Positions 9,059-19,961 of a stretch of 64,000 nucleotides of DNA are shown one piece after another. Origin of the DNA: a virus (taxonomy: Duplodnaviria > Caudoviricetes); IMG/VR virus record IMGVR_UViG_2907233695_000001, positions 100,119 through 164,118 of that record, one strand, 5' to 3'. The notes below the pieces were generated by a model, which saw only the letters and a program-made list of their open reading frames with translations, was not told the origin of the DNA and made no database searches. Position numbers and translations under genes: made by a program. Positions within the stretch are counted from its first letter, which is position 1, and each line of letters starts with the position of its first letter.

Positions 9059-10078
9059 ATGATAATATTACCGCAAATGGTAAAGGTTAAATGGCATAAT
9101 TTTAATAGAGAATGGTACGAGTCTAAGGGGTATGTCTATACAGGACATCTAAAAGAATTTGAAGTACCAGTTTATGATTTAATTGAGGGAAGTCATCAAA
9201 AAGTTAGAATTAAATGTGACTACTGCGACAAAGAATTTTCTAGAACATTTAAAGACCATAATTTAATACGCAAGAATTCAGTAATCGACAAAGATGCTTG
9301 TTTTAAATGTGGCAATATTAAATCAATGGAAAGTTCACAGTTGCTATACGGGGTTAATAGCGCAGCACAACTCCCCAAAGCCAAGGAGAAACGCAAAAGA
9401 ACATGCTTAAAGAAGTACGGCACAGAAAGTCCGTTGAGTAATGAAACTGTAAGAAATAAAATAAACAATACAGTGATTGAATTATACGGCGTAAGCAATC
9501 AGTTTCAAAGAGAAGAAGTAAAAGAAAAAAGTAAACAAACATTGTTAAAAAATTATGGCGCTACAAATCTGATGCAAATTCCTGAGCATTTAGAAATAGC
9601 ATTGTCAAAAAGGGCACAAACATTATATAAAAATGGCGATGTGTCAACGTCGAGACAGCAAATATATATCTGGAATGTGCTCGGAGGAGAACTAAATTAT
9701 CCCGTTGACAGAATTAATTTAGACATTGGTTTCTTATTGGATAAAATTTATTTGGAGTATCAAGGTTCAGGTCATGACCTGTCTGTTAAAATGAATAAAA
9801 TATCCAAAGAAGAGCAGAAAGAAATCGATAAGAAACGATATTACTACCTGAAAAACAGAGGGTGGAAAATGATCGAAATTATTTCTACTTCTCAGTACGA
9901 TTATCTTCCAAATGAAGAAGTTCTAATTTCCATGTTCGAATACTCCAAGGAACACCTCAAGGAGCATTCATGGATTACTTTTGATATTGACAAGTTGACA
10001 GTTAGAACGAGTATTTTTGAGATACCCTACAACTTTGGAAAATTACTAAATACGAGACAATATGCTTGTAATATTTAA
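9059..10078 (+). CDS. putative free-standing homing endonuclease: Zn finger + 4 x 23-aa YG repeats + PD-(D/E)xK/Vsr-like domain
   Basis: CDYC..CFKC; repeats YGV..Q..EVKEK; C-terminal LDIG..KIYLEYQGSGH..GWKMIEI; paralog of 47773..49101. Confidence 0.72.
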   Translation: MIILPQMVKVKWHNFNREWYESKGYVYTGHLKEFEVPVYDLIEGSHQKVRIKCDYCDKEFSRTFKDHNLIRKNSVIDKDACFKCGNIKSMESSQLLYGVNSAAQLPKAKEKRKRTCLKKYGTESPLSNETVRNKINNTVIELYGVSNQFQREEVKEKSKQTLLKNYGATNLMQIPEHLEIALSKRAQTLYKNGDVSTSRQQIYIWNVLGGELNYPVDRINLDIGFLLDKIYLEYQGSGHDLSVKMNKISKEEQKEIDKKRYYYLKNRGWKMIEIISTSQYDYLPNEEVLISMFEYSKEHLKEHSWITFDIDKLTVRTSIFEIPYNFGKLLNTRQYACNI

Positions 10079-10106
10079 TACATACGATATTAGATTATAG
10101 GGAGAT

Positions 10107-10394
10107 ATGTTCATGGATAAAAATAAGAATGTTATTGATTTTGATACTATCTTAAATCAAAAAGAAAATTGCAACCATGAGCATGTATGTCCTCACTGTG
10201 AGTGGCAAGACAAAACAATTGATAATTTTATTAGTCGTATTAAAGGGTTGAGTATCAACGGTCAGACATTCCGTGAGGAAGTTGAAAACTTAATCGGATA
10301 TGTTGAGTATTTGACTAGACGCGATACTCTTGCTGAAATTGCAGGAACTCTAATGCAAGAAGTTCAATATATGGATGGCGATGACGAGGAATAA
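10107..10394 (+). CDS. hypothetical protein
   Basis: 95 aa, CPHC motif, GGGAGA RBS. Confidence 0.65.
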   Translation: MFMDKNKNVIDFDTILNQKENCNHEHVCPHCEWQDKTIDNFISRIKGLSINGQTFREEVENLIGYVEYLTRRDTLAEIAGTLMQEVQYMDGDDEE

Positions 10395-10397
10395 ACT

Positions 10398-10640
10398 ATG
10401 GAATTAGACCATGATATTCCTATCAACCTTATAATGCTCAACAACTATGAGGAAGAGCGCTATGAACACGTGGATGATTACATTGAAATTCTGAAAACGT
10501 GTAAGAAAGCCGATGAATTTTATGCTCTCATCAGAATGATTATCGATGATACACGTGACAATACGTTGCGTGATATTCTAACCAAAAATATTCAACATCA
10601 AGCTAAGATACTCGAAGAGACGAAAATAAAAAAGTCTTAG
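10398..10640 (+). CDS. hypothetical protein
   Basis: 80 aa, GAGGA RBS, tightly coupled. Confidence 0.65.
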   Translation: MELDHDIPINLIMLNNYEEERYEHVDDYIEILKTCKKADEFYALIRMIIDDTRDNTLRDILTKNIQHQAKILEETKIKKS

Positions 10641-10726
10641 GTATGTATGCTCTGTTTATTAAAAGCCTCCACCCTGTCCAGAGCAGACCGATGCCTCCAA
10701 GCTAAATCATATTGGAGGAATGAAAC

Positions 10727-11320
10727 ATGGAAAAAGAACAATTTAAAATGCCCTACTCTGCACTTGATTTTGAGGAATATACTTTTTTCAGAGCTTTAGA
10801 AGATCGTCAAATTATCTTAAATAGCGAAGTCGATGATTATCTTCTCGAACGTGTTGGATATCAAATCATCAAGTGGAATCGTGAAGACGATAAATTGCCT
10901 GATGGTGAGTCTCGCAAGGAAATTGAAATTATTCTCAATAGTCCCGGTGGAGACGTATATCTTGGCATGGCACTATGCGCTGTAATTGAGAAATCAGTAA
11001 CTCCTATTGCAATCACTGTCATCGGTAATGCTGCTTCAATGGGTGCTCTCTTGCTTGTGTCCGGTTCTAGGCACGGACGTAGACGAGCATACGAGTTCTC
11101 GAATGTCCTCTTCCACGATGGTTCGACCGTACTTTATGGTTCCAGTAACAAGGTAAAAGACCATGTTAAATTCCAAGAGGAAAAGGATCAACAAATCCGA
11201 GACTTTATTATTCGTAACACTAAGATTACAGATGCAAAGTATGAGGATATGAAGGATCGTGAGTGGTGGCTCACTGCTAAAAGTGCATTAGAGTGGGGCG
11301 TTATCGATGAGATTATTTAA
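10727..11320 (+). CDS. clpP: ClpP-family protease
   Basis: ILNSPGGDV, AASMG nucleophile motif, LFHDG, WLTAKSALEWGVIDEI. Confidence 0.88.
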   Translation: MEKEQFKMPYSALDFEEYTFFRALEDRQIILNSEVDDYLLERVGYQIIKWNREDDKLPDGESRKEIEIILNSPGGDVYLGMALCAVIEKSVTPIAITVIGNAASMGALLLVSGSRHGRRRAYEFSNVLFHDGSTVLYGSSNKVKDHVKFQEEKDQQIRDFIIRNTKITDAKYEDMKDREWWLTAKSALEWGVIDEII

Positions 11321-11333
11321 TTAATTAAAACTT

Positions 11334-11353
11334 ATTAAAACTCACATTTCATA
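11334..11353. repeat. 7-6-7 quasi-palindrome copy 2 (ATTAAAA-ctcaca-TTTCATA)
   Basis: Motif match 14 nt after clpP stop. Confidence 0.65.
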
Positions 11354-11411
11354 AACTTTTTGAACTAGACTGACTCACCATCTTGGTGGGTCTTTTTGGT
11401 TTGCAAAGTTT

Positions 11412-11519
11412 TTGAGCTGGAAGCAATCTGTTTAAGGTCGTGTAAAGTAAGGGCGATATCTCCCGTCTACCCCTTAGTCCAGCTCAAGATATTTTAGCCC
11501 ATATTCGGGTTAGGGAGAT
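11412..11519 (+). promoter_or_regulatory. structured leader with anti-SD loop
   Basis: Outer stem TTGAGCTGGA/TCCAGCTCAA; inner TAAGGG/CCCTTA hairpin whose loop ATCTCCC complements GGGAGAT at 11513-11519. Confidence 0.5.
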
Positions 11520-11530
11520 TCTTTTCTTTT

Positions 11531-12487
11531 TTGAAAGAAGGTGGAAATATGGCTAGGCCAAAAGGGAGCAGCGCTAAAGATAAACTCGTAATAGAAAAGA
11601 TTAAATGTAAAGGCAAGTGTGGTAAAGAAAAAGCGCCAACAAATTTTTATATAAATACAAACCCACTCTTCTCTTCTGAGAAGTTAGAAGTGTGTAAGGA
11701 TTGCATATCAGAATATATAGGTACTAAAAGTTCGTCAGGATATCTGAATAGAGTAAAACTTGTTCTTGGACTTATGGATAAACCTTTCCTCTATGACTTA
11801 TGGATATCAAGAGATGAAGATTGGGGAAGGTATATCCCTCAATTATCTTCGTTTCCTCAGTACAAAGGATTGACGAATGCAGATAGTACATTTACTGATA
11901 AAAAAATAAACACAGAAAACCCAAATGAAAGCTTTGTGCTAAACAGTTCTCCAAGCAGTTACACGAGTGAAGAAATTTCAGAGTTATCTTCATTTTGGGG
12001 TAAAAATTACACTCCTGATGAACTTGAATATCTGCAAACACAATATGAGAAATTTCTAAACTCTTATGAATGCGACTCCTATGCAATGGAATTGCTTTTC
12101 CAAGAAGCATCTCAGCAAAGGTTAACAATTAATAAATTGCGTCAAGAAGGTAAATCGGTAGACAAAGAACTCAAAACTCTCCAAGACTTGTTGGGATCAG
12201 CAAATGTTAAACCCGTTCAAGAGACAGGTGCAAATGCAACGGAACAGGCCACGTTTGGAACCTTGATTAAGAAATATGAAAACGAGCGTCCAATTCCTGA
12301 GCCTGATGAAGCTTGGAAAGATGTTGATGGAATAAAGCGTTATATCCAAGTTTGGTTTCTCGGACACCTGTGTAGAATGATTGGAATTAACAACGACTAT
12401 TCCAGACTTTATGATGAAGAAATTGCCAAATATACTGTTGATCCTCCAAAGTACGATGATGACATCAGCGAAGAGGTAACAGTATGA
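11531..12487 (+). CDS. YonG-like protein, putative terminase small subunit (start may be ATG 11549)
   Basis: N-terminal Cys cluster, [19 protein letters not shown]; ATGA overlap with terminase large subunit. Confidence 0.65.
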   Translation: MKEGGNMARPKGSSAKDKLVIEKIKCKGKCGKEKAPTNFYINTNPLFSSEKLEVCKDCISEYIGTKSSSGYLNRVKLVLGLMDKPFLYDLWISRDEDWGRYIPQLSSFPQYKGLTNADSTFTDKKINTENPNESFVLNSSPSSYTSEEISELSSFWGKNYTPDELEYLQTQYEKFLNSYECDSYAMELLFQEASQQRLTINKLRQEGKSVDKELKTLQDLLGSANVKPVQETGANATEQATFGTLIKKYENERPIPEPDEAWKDVDGIKRYIQVWFLGHLCRMIGINNDYSRLYDEEIAKYTVDPPKYDDDISEEVTV

Positions 12488-14256
12488 GTGGTTTTGCGAA
12501 TTTTCAGGTTAATCGTAACAAGGCTCATAATGGTAACGATATCTTCGCTAAAAGTAGAAATTTTAATAAGTCAGCAGATAAATCTGAAAGACTTCTGGAT
12601 GGCATAGGGGTTTGGGCTAGTTTCTATCGTGCAAATCCACATCGATTTGCTAAAGAATATCTTGGGATTACATTAAAGTTGTTTCAAATAATCCTCATTT
12701 TCATGATGAACTTCTCTCACTACTTCATGTATTTAGCTAGTCGAGGTCAAGGGAAAACATTCCTTACTTCTATCTATTGCGTGATTCGCTGTATCCTTTG
12801 GCCTGAAACTAAAATTGTAGTTGCTTCAGGTAATATGAAACAGGCAAGAGAAGTTATAGAGAAGATTGCTGATTTAAGAAAGAACTCACCTAATTTATCT
12901 AGAGAAATTAGTGACTTATCAACTTCAACAAACGATCCTAAAGTAGAGTTTCATAACGGTAGTTGGATAAAGGTAGTTGCGTCAAATGATGGAGCACGAA
13001 GTAAAAGAGCAAACTGTCTTATTGCAGATGAGTTTCGAATGATTGACTTAGAAATCATCAACAAGGTACTAAGAAAGTTTTTAACTGCTCCTCGGCAACC
13101 AAAATATCTAAACAAGCCTGAGTACGCACATTTACAAGAGCGAAACAAGGAAATCTATCTCTCGTCCAGTTGGTATAAGATTCATTGGTCATGGAATAAG
13201 TTGCTTGCATTCTACAAATCGATGTCTGAAGCAAAGAACTATTTTGTGTGTGGGCTCCCTTATCAGTTAGCAGTCAAAGAAGGATTGCTAATGAAGGAAC
13301 AAGTTGAAGATGAGATGTCTGAAGCAGATTTTGATGAAATTGGATTTAGCATGGAAATGGAATGCTTATTCTTTGGCGAGTCAGAGAAAGCCTTCTTTAA
13401 ATTTGAGGAATTGGACAAGAACAGAAGAATCTCTAAGCCATTGTATCCAAAGGAAATGTATCCTCTTTTAAAGGATAACTCATTTAAATACGAGCCTAAA
13501 AAAGATGGTGAATTACGCTTGGTTAGTTGCGATATCGCAGGTATGGCAGGAAAAGAAAATGATGCCAGCGTATACACTATTTTTCGCTTAATACCAAACT
13601 CTAAGGGATTTGATCGCCATATCGTCTATATGGAAAGTATGTCTGGTGGTCATACCGTAACTCAAGCAATCCGTATAAGACAATTATATGATGATTTTGA
13701 CTGCGATTATCTTGTATTAGATACGCAGAATATGGGATTGGGCATATATGACCAATTGGTTCAGCCTTTGTATGACAAGGACAGAAATGTTGAATATGAT
13801 CCTTGGACTTGTATCAATGACGATAAAATGGCTGAAAGATGTACTTATACAAACGCACCGAAACTTATTTATAGCATCAAGGGTAATATGCAGTTCAATA
13901 GCGAGTGTGCAATCCTTCTTAGAGATGGATTAAAGCGAGGAAAGGTTAGATTGCTTGCTAAAGAGGCTGATGGCAAAGAGTATTTGAAGAGTTTAAAAGG
14001 TTTCGAAGCTCTCCCGATTGAGATACAGGTAAAATACGAAGCCGTATTTATCCAAACTACTCTACTCGTAAATGAAATGATTAATCTTGAGGGTGAACGA
14101 ACAGATAATGGTTTAATTCGTCTTAAAGAGCCAAAGTCCAAACGGAAAGACCGTTATAGTTCGGTTACATATGGGAATTTTATAGCTTCGGAACTTGAGC
14201 GTAGTTTATTTAAAGAGAACAATTACGACGACTATAACTACTTCATCTACAACTAA
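12484..14256 (+). CDS. yonF: terminase large subunit (YonF-like)
   Basis: ASRGQGKT Walker A, LIADEFR Walker B, SCDIA..NDAS nuclease motif, RKDRYSS. Confidence 0.92.
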   Translation: MSGFANFQVNRNKAHNGNDIFAKSRNFNKSADKSERLLDGIGVWASFYRANPHRFAKEYLGITLKLFQIILIFMMNFSHYFMYLASRGQGKTFLTSIYCVIRCILWPETKIVVASGNMKQAREVIEKIADLRKNSPNLSREISDLSTSTNDPKVEFHNGSWIKVVASNDGARSKRANCLIADEFRMIDLEIINKVLRKFLTAPRQPKYLNKPEYAHLQERNKEIYLSSSWYKIHWSWNKLLAFYKSMSEAKNYFVCGLPYQLAVKEGLLMKEQVEDEMSEADFDEIGFSMEMECLFFGESEKAFFKFEELDKNRRISKPLYPKEMYPLLKDNSFKYEPKKDGELRLVSCDIAGMAGKENDASVYTIFRLIPNSKGFDRHIVYMESMSGGHTVTQAIRIRQLYDDFDCDYLVLDTQNMGLGIYDQLVQPLYDKDRNVEYDPWTCINDDKMAERCTYTNAPKLIYSIKGNMQFNSECAILLRDGLKRGKVRLLAKEADGKEYLKSLKGFEALPIEIQVKYEAVFIQTTLLVNEMINLEGERTDNGLIRLKEPKSKRKDRYSSVTYGNFIASELERSLFKENNYDDYNYFIYN

Positions 14257-14273
14257 ATAAAATATGAAAGAGG

Positions 14274-15836
14274 GTGAAAACAATAACAGAACAGAAAAAA
14301 CGTGGTCGCCCACCCAAGCAACAAATCGACACCAATTCTATGGTTGATACATCGTATTACGAATTGGCTGCTTATTTTGATTTTATTAGCACATCTGCTG
14401 TTGGTAGAGGAATTATCGATATTAATATCAACAATTTAATGAATTGGCTTCGGAACCCACCAAAGTTTCGTAGAGAACTTATTCAATTAAGTAAATATTA
14501 TTACAATCGTGATGGAGTCGTAACGGATTGTTACGATCTTTTTAATGTTCTTCCTGTGCTAAATTTCTCGGTTCTTTGGCAGAACATGAACATGAAGGCT
14601 TTTACTAAAAATAAACTAACTGTCGATACTTTTCTCGAAAAAATTAAAGTAAAAAAGTTAGTTCGAGACACCATTTTCTCTGTCATTCAAGAGGGTACTT
14701 GTGTTTGGTATAACCGTGATAACAAGTACATTCAATTTCTCGAAAATGAAGAATATATGATTGATTATATGGTTAACGGTAAATGGCAAGTGTTTTACGA
14801 TATGCTCTATATCGACCAATATCGTACAAGTCATAATCTTGATTATATTATGGCAAAGATCGATTCTGCCCCAGATGAAGTGACGCTTGAGAAATATAAT
14901 CTATATAAGAAAGATAATAAAAAATATAGATATGTGCCATTAGATATCGATAAGACTCAGGTTTTTAAACTTCGTGGATCACGAAATGAGCCATACGGTA
15001 TTCCCTATTCGATACCTGCTATTAGTAGCATCATACATAGGGATTTGCTTGAAAAGACGGAGAAGGCTGTAGCTGATCGTATTATCAATCAGATTATTGT
15101 TCAAAAGGTTGGTAACATGCCTAGTGCTGATGGAAAAGTGGGTCTTCCAGTTCCTAAAGCAACCGTTGAGGGATACCACACTAATCTTAAAAATTTGTTA
15201 CAGAAAAAATTTGATACAAATTCCTCTGATAATGCTGCAACTGCTCCATTGACTGTCCCTTCATTCGTTGATATCGAAGAGTTGAAAATCAATATGAGCA
15301 CTTTCCCAAAAGAAATTTGGGAACGTATTGATCGAGATATCTACAAAAAATTAGGGTTCTCCTCTACTCTTAACATGGGTGGTGGAACAGGCCAGAGTTT
15401 TGGTTCAGGTACAATTAACGTTGAAAAAGTATATTCCATTGTTTTCTATATTATAGAAGATATTGAATCTGCATTAAACGAGTTCTTAGGAATCATTGTG
15501 CCAAGTGGCAACTTCAATCCTAAGATTAGATTTAGTCGAGCAACTATTTTGGATAAGGATAGTGCATTTACTCAGGCTGAATCACTGTATCTTAAAGGGC
15601 GAGGAAGTCTTAAAGACTATGTTGAGGCAAGCGGCAGAGACTTTGACCATTGGCTTGCACAAGTTAGGTACGAGAATGAAGTTCTTAAATTGGATGAAAC
15701 ATTACCTATTCACGTAACCTCATTCACTCAATCTGGCGATGGAAACAGTAGTGGCAGGCCGAGTGTAAAGAATCCAACTAATGATAACACTGCTAAATCC
15801 AAAGGGAACAACGGTAACGCAAAACCTGATATGTAA
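14274..15836 (+). CDS. portal protein (YonE-like)
   Basis: 520 aa after terminase; C-terminal TSFTQSG..GRP..N.NT.KSK motif; synteny. Confidence 0.78.
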   Translation: MKTITEQKKRGRPPKQQIDTNSMVDTSYYELAAYFDFISTSAVGRGIIDININNLMNWLRNPPKFRRELIQLSKYYYNRDGVVTDCYDLFNVLPVLNFSVLWQNMNMKAFTKNKLTVDTFLEKIKVKKLVRDTIFSVIQEGTCVWYNRDNKYIQFLENEEYMIDYMVNGKWQVFYDMLYIDQYRTSHNLDYIMAKIDSAPDEVTLEKYNLYKKDNKKYRYVPLDIDKTQVFKLRGSRNEPYGIPYSIPAISSIIHRDLLEKTEKAVADRIINQIIVQKVGNMPSADGKVGLPVPKATVEGYHTNLKNLLQKKFDTNSSDNAATAPLTVPSFVDIEELKINMSTFPKEIWERIDRDIYKKLGFSSTLNMGGGTGQSFGSGTINVEKVYSIVFYIIEDIESALNEFLGIIVPSGNFNPKIRFSRATILDKDSAFTQAESLYLKGRGSLKDYVEASGRDFDHWLAQVRYENEVLKLDETLPIHVTSFTQSGDGNSSGRPSVKNPTNDNTAKSKGNNGNAKPDM

Positions 15837-15843
15837 TTAAACT

Positions 15844-15867
15844 GAAGCGTTTTTGACGCTTCTTTTT
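15844..15867 (+). terminator. intrinsic terminator
   Basis: GAAGCGT-ttttg-ACGCTTC + T tract. Confidence 0.6.
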
Positions 15868-16005
15868 CTTTTTAAGGTGGTGATTTTTTGAAAGGCAGCT
15901 CTCCTATTCAACTCAATAAACCAACAACAAAGATTCAAACCAATTCTCTCACCACTACTTTTCTTGAACTTGGTTCAATCGAACCGGAAGAAGGAGGTGA
16001 AATTA

Positions 16006-17496
16006 TTGAACAAAGAAATCTTATCCGTAAAACCAAAGATTCTCCATCTACAAGAAGCAAATGATATTTACATGGAATTAACCATGTGTGTTCTTACCAA
16101 TGAAACCAATCTTAATAAATTAAAATTCACTGATGATTATATCAGCGGAATTGTTGATAACAAAGATCGATATATTGGGATACCTCTTGTTGCAAATAGA
16201 GACAAACTTGAAAACGGTTTATACTACAATCTTACTCATGAGCTAGATAAGAAAACCGGAATTCTTAAAACAGATTCTATCGGTAGTTTCGTTGATTTTT
16301 GGTCTGAAACTGATGATGACGGTGTTTTAAAACTCATGGGTCTTGTTCGAGTGTATAAGCGCTACCCAAATGTTTGCAATGCAATGATTGAGCTTTTTGA
16401 ATCCGAGGATTTAGAGTTTAGTTGTGAGATTTACGCCTACGGTTATGCTGATATCAATACTGAAACAAATGAGCGTTCCGTCAATTATGAATATGAAGGA
16501 AGTATCAATAGTTTGTTCGGTTCGTGCATTGTCACAAATCCAGCCGAACCGAAATCTAAAGCGAATCTGTTGGTAGCAGAAGCTTTGGAAAAAGACTTGG
16601 GAGGAGGTGAAAACGTGTCTGAAGTTCTCGTTTTCAATAAGGGTGTTGAAATTAGTTACTATGGAAACATTGAAATTTCTGCTTTAACTTCAAGTGATAT
16701 CTCTAATCAGATTTATAACGTTCTGAATCCGGTTGACCCGAAAAGTAACTATAGAAAATATAACTATTGGATTAATGCTGTCTATTTTGCAAAGACGGAT
16801 AATTTTGACGGTTATGTGATCGTTGAAGATTGGGAAGACTGCTCAACTCTTTTTCGTATCAACTTTAGCATTGAGAGCGACATGGTTGTACTTGACGCTA
16901 AGGAGAATTGGATTGAGGGGTATAAAGGCTTTATCCCGAAAGGAATTAATGTGGATGATCTTATCTCACAACAAAACGCTGCTGAGATTGAGATAAATAA
17001 TATCAAAAATGAACTTAATACCAAGCATGAGGAGGCATTACAGGTGACAGAAGAACAAATTAAAGAGCTTCAATCTCAACTTGAAACACTGCAAAATCAA
17101 GTTTCTGAATTGAACGGTATCGTAGTATCGCAAAAGGAAGAAATCGTTCAACTGCAAAATAAAGAAACTGAACTTAACGGTGTAATCGAAGGTCTGCAAC
17201 CTTTTAAAGAGCAGGTTGAAACTGCTGAGAAACAAGCTAAAAAAGATGGTATGACAGAGAAATTTAGCAAGTTACTGTCTGCTGAGACTATGAAATCTGA
17301 GCAAGTTGTAAATGCAATTGAAGCACTTGATGAAGTTGCTATGAATGCAATTGTTGTGTCCGAGGTTGCAAAAGAAATTGCATCTAAATCCACTCAAGAA
17401 GTACCTGCTAAAACCGATGTTGTTGTAAGTGCTCGTCAATCGGAAGACCTTCTTCCGCAAGACCTCAGAAGCAAACTCTATGCTTCTAAACAATAA
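16006..17496 (+). CDS. prohead protease/scaffold (YonD-like)
   Basis: TTG start at 16006 after AAGGAGGTG; N-terminal domain with FSCEI..PA; C-terminal coiled coil; between portal and capsid. Confidence 0.7.
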   Translation: MNKEILSVKPKILHLQEANDIYMELTMCVLTNETNLNKLKFTDDYISGIVDNKDRYIGIPLVANRDKLENGLYYNLTHELDKKTGILKTDSIGSFVDFWSETDDDGVLKLMGLVRVYKRYPNVCNAMIELFESEDLEFSCEIYAYGYADINTETNERSVNYEYEGSINSLFGSCIVTNPAEPKSKANLLVAEALEKDLGGGENVSEVLVFNKGVEISYYGNIEISALTSSDISNQIYNVLNPVDPKSNYRKYNYWINAVYFAKTDNFDGYVIVEDWEDCSTLFRINFSIESDMVVLDAKENWIEGYKGFIPKGINVDDLISQQNAAEIEINNIKNELNTKHEEALQVTEEQIKELQSQLETLQNQVSELNGIVVSQKEEIVQLQNKETELNGVIEGLQPFKEQVETAEKQAKKDGMTEKFSKLLSAETMKSEQVVNAIEALDEVAMNAIVVSEVAKEIASKSTQEVPAKTDVVVSARQSEDLLPQDLRSKLYASKQ

Positions 17497-17527
17497 AACT
17501 AAAATACACACAAGGAGGCTATATTAA

Positions 17528-17977
17528 ATGGCTGCTGTAATTAATATTGGTGATAACGATTATATTGGAACTCTTAAAGCTGTAGCATCTATTGCTAATG
17601 GCGTTTTCGTAAAGGCTGACTATGCTGCTGGTACTGCTGCTGCTACTGCAAGTACTGCTGAGGGTGACGCTGCTGGTCTTTTGTTCGTGAACAACGTAAA
17701 TATCAACATCGATCAACAAACTGTTGGAGATGACACTTTTGCTGTTGCTAATGGTGAATATCTGCGTCTGAAAGCTCTTGAGACTGGTGACATTTTCACG
17801 ACTGATCAATTTGTTCCAGCAATTGGCTCTATCAACGTGAATGATGTTCTTGCTGCTGCTGCCGCTGGTAAGTTAGACGCAATTGGTGCTCGTACGCCTA
17901 AACTGTCGGTAAAAGTTATCGAGAAAACTACTCTGTTCGGCAACAACGCTATTAAATGCGTAGTATTGTCCGTTTAA
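17528..17977 (+). CDS. head decoration/capsid-associated protein (YonC-like)
   Basis: 149 aa Ala-rich, high-expression codon bias, GDIFTTD, precedes MCP. Confidence 0.65.
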   Translation: MAAVINIGDNDYIGTLKAVASIANGVFVKADYAAGTAAATASTAEGDAAGLLFVNNVNINIDQQTVGDDTFAVANGEYLRLKALETGDIFTTDQFVPAIGSINVNDVLAAAAAGKLDAIGARTPKLSVKVIEKTTLFGNNAIKCVVLSV

Positions 17978-18009
17978 TAAATAAAACATACATAGGAGGT
18001 ATAAAATAA

Positions 18010-19002
18010 ATGTCTCAACTTAATAAAAAATCCGCTATTATTGAAACTTTTGCCGAAGCCGCACTGAACCATGGCAAGCAAATGACTGCTATTGAAAAAT
18101 CCGATTATGCTTCTGCAATGGAACTGGTGAAAGAATTGGCTTCCAACCCTAATCCAAATAACCTGTATGAGTTGAACCAAATTATCGCTTATACTGTTGA
18201 CGCTGTAATCGATGTTCGCATGGACTATATGAGCAAAATTGCTGAAGTTAAAAACACTGCTTTCGATGAGCGTCCAAAATTCAAAATTAAGACTCAAAAT
18301 GCACAAGGTTTCTGGCAAGCTGTTGGTGCAACTCCACAAAAGACTAAAATCGGTTACAAGTATGATTCCTTGAAAATCGATGCATTGTCTGCTCGTCCGA
18401 TTACTGAATGGGCTGAAGTTGCCGCTGGTCGTTATGACTTCGCTGAACTGACTCGTGATATCACTAACGATTTCGAAGTTAAAGTTGCACAAAAAGTTCA
18501 AAACACTTTGTATGCAACTTTCAGCGGTCTGTCCTCCCCTAACTATGCTAGTGGTGCTGGCGTAACTGCTACTTTCGATACGCTTTTGAACTCTATGATG
18601 CGTCTTGGTGGAGCAGCTATTATCGGTGACTACGAAGCTCTGCAAAAACTTCCTGCTCTTACTGCTATTAGTGGTCGTACGAGCAATGAAATCATCAACG
18701 ACCTGAACCGCAATGGTATCATCGGTACATATAAAGGCGCTCCAGTTGTTTCCCTGACTAACCCATACACTGGCCTGTCTGGTTTCAACACTGTTTTGGA
18801 TCGTGGTTATATTTATATCGTTCCTGCTGTTAGTGACATGAATAAGACTCTGAAAATTCAATTTGCTGGTGGAGTTCAATCCATGCAAGGTCAAAATATT
18901 GAAGATGGCTCGTATGAAATGCGTTTTGACAAGCATATGGGTGCTGGTGTAATCGCTGGTACTCGTCATGCCCTTGCCGTATACGAAGATACTACTCTGT
19001 AG
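18010..19002 (+). CDS. major capsid protein (YonB-like)
   Basis: 330 aa, strong codon bias, GGAGG RBS, NRNGIIGTYKGAPVV, followed by terminator. Confidence 0.8.
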   Translation: MSQLNKKSAIIETFAEAALNHGKQMTAIEKSDYASAMELVKELASNPNPNNLYELNQIIAYTVDAVIDVRMDYMSKIAEVKNTAFDERPKFKIKTQNAQGFWQAVGATPQKTKIGYKYDSLKIDALSARPITEWAEVAAGRYDFAELTRDITNDFEVKVAQKVQNTLYATFSGLSSPNYASGAGVTATFDTLLNSMMRLGGAAIIGDYEALQKLPALTAISGRTSNEIINDLNRNGIIGTYKGAPVVSLTNPYTGLSGFNTVLDRGYIYIVPAVSDMNKTLKIQFAGGVQSMQGQNIEDGSYEMRFDKHMGAGVIAGTRHALAVYEDTTL

Positions 19003-19018
19003 TATTAACTAATTAGTT

Positions 19019-19049
19019 GAGAGGATGGTTTCGATCATCCTCTCTTTTT
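19019..19049 (+). terminator. intrinsic terminator
   Basis: GAGAGGATG-gtttcgat-CATCCTCTC-TTTTT. Confidence 0.8.
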
Positions 19050-19081
19050 ATTTTTAAAATTACTTAGGGAGAGATTTTAAA

Positions 19082-19525
19082 ATGGCAAATAAAAAAGTGA
19101 AACTTGTTAATCCAAATCCTTTTGCTCATGGACTCAAATTAATGGATGGCATTCGTGAAATCAATATTGCTGGTGGTTCATTCACGCTACTCGATGAGGA
19201 TGAAGTATACTTCATCAACAGTGTAAGCAGAACGTTTAGCCACAAGCATCTACTTATTGCTGATCCTGAAATCAATCAAGCGCTTGGATATGCAGAGAAG
19301 CCAGTTATCGGACTTTCTGATGAAGAAATTAAAACTCTACTTCGTGGAACAATTAACAAAATCAAAGATACTCTTGTCAATGTAACTGAAAAACATGAGA
19401 TTGACAGAGTTATTGATGTTGCAAAAGGAATGGAAGATTTGCAACGCAATAAAATCACATATCTTCAAGAGTGGTCTGGATACGACTTTGATCAACTTGT
19501 AGACACAGGTAAAGAAGAAAAATAA
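19082..19525 (+). CDS. phage hypothetical protein (YonA position)
   Basis: 147 aa after MCP, GGGAGA RBS. Confidence 0.65.
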   Translation: MANKKVKLVNPNPFAHGLKLMDGIREINIAGGSFTLLDEDEVYFINSVSRTFSHKHLLIADPEINQALGYAEKPVIGLSDEEIKTLLRGTINKIKDTLVNVTEKHEIDRVIDVAKGMEDLQRNKITYLQEWSGYDFDQLVDTGKEEK

Positions 19526-19539
19526 GGAGCCGTGATTAA

Positions 19540-19947
19540 ATGGCTACCACATATGACATAATCTTTGACCGATTCCTCAGTAAAATAACTGACTATGAGC
19601 TTGCAGAGTTGATTGATGCTGATCTTGAGTCTAATCTGAATAAATTCCTTAGAGGCGCAATTTCTGACTTTAAATATTGCCCAAAAGACTTGTCTAATCG
19701 TGATGATTCCGCAATGACATTTAACATTGACTTGAATGACTCTGAACAGGAGATTCTTGCTAAGTTTATGTTGGTACATTGGATTAATCCTAATATTCTT
19801 CGATTGGAGAACATACGACAAAATTTAGGAAACAAGGATTTTCAGATTTATTCTGGAGCCAACTTTCTAGATAAGCTCACAACTCTGAAGAAGCAGTTAA
19901 TTTCTGAAGCGGTTGAAGATATGGTGTACTACTACTATGCCACTTAA
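19540..19947 (+). CDS. head-tail adaptor (YomZ-like)
   Basis: T.YD.IFDRFLSKITDY N-terminus, KDF..YS.AN; synteny. Confidence 0.65.
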   Translation: MATTYDIIFDRFLSKITDYELAELIDADLESNLNKFLRGAISDFKYCPKDLSNRDDSAMTFNIDLNDSEQEILAKFMLVHWINPNILRLENIRQNLGNKDFQIYSGANFLDKLTTLKKQLISEAVEDMVYYYYAT

Positions 19948-19961
19948 TAAGGTGGTGAACT

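Noticed and set aside
9059-10078. Endonucleases as group I intron or IS-encoded ORFs
   Set aside because: Flanking genes look intact; no terminal repeats or intron core recognised
17974-18969. 331-aa minus-strand ORF
   Set aside because: Antisense shadow of the strongly codon-biased capsid gene; no motif recognised
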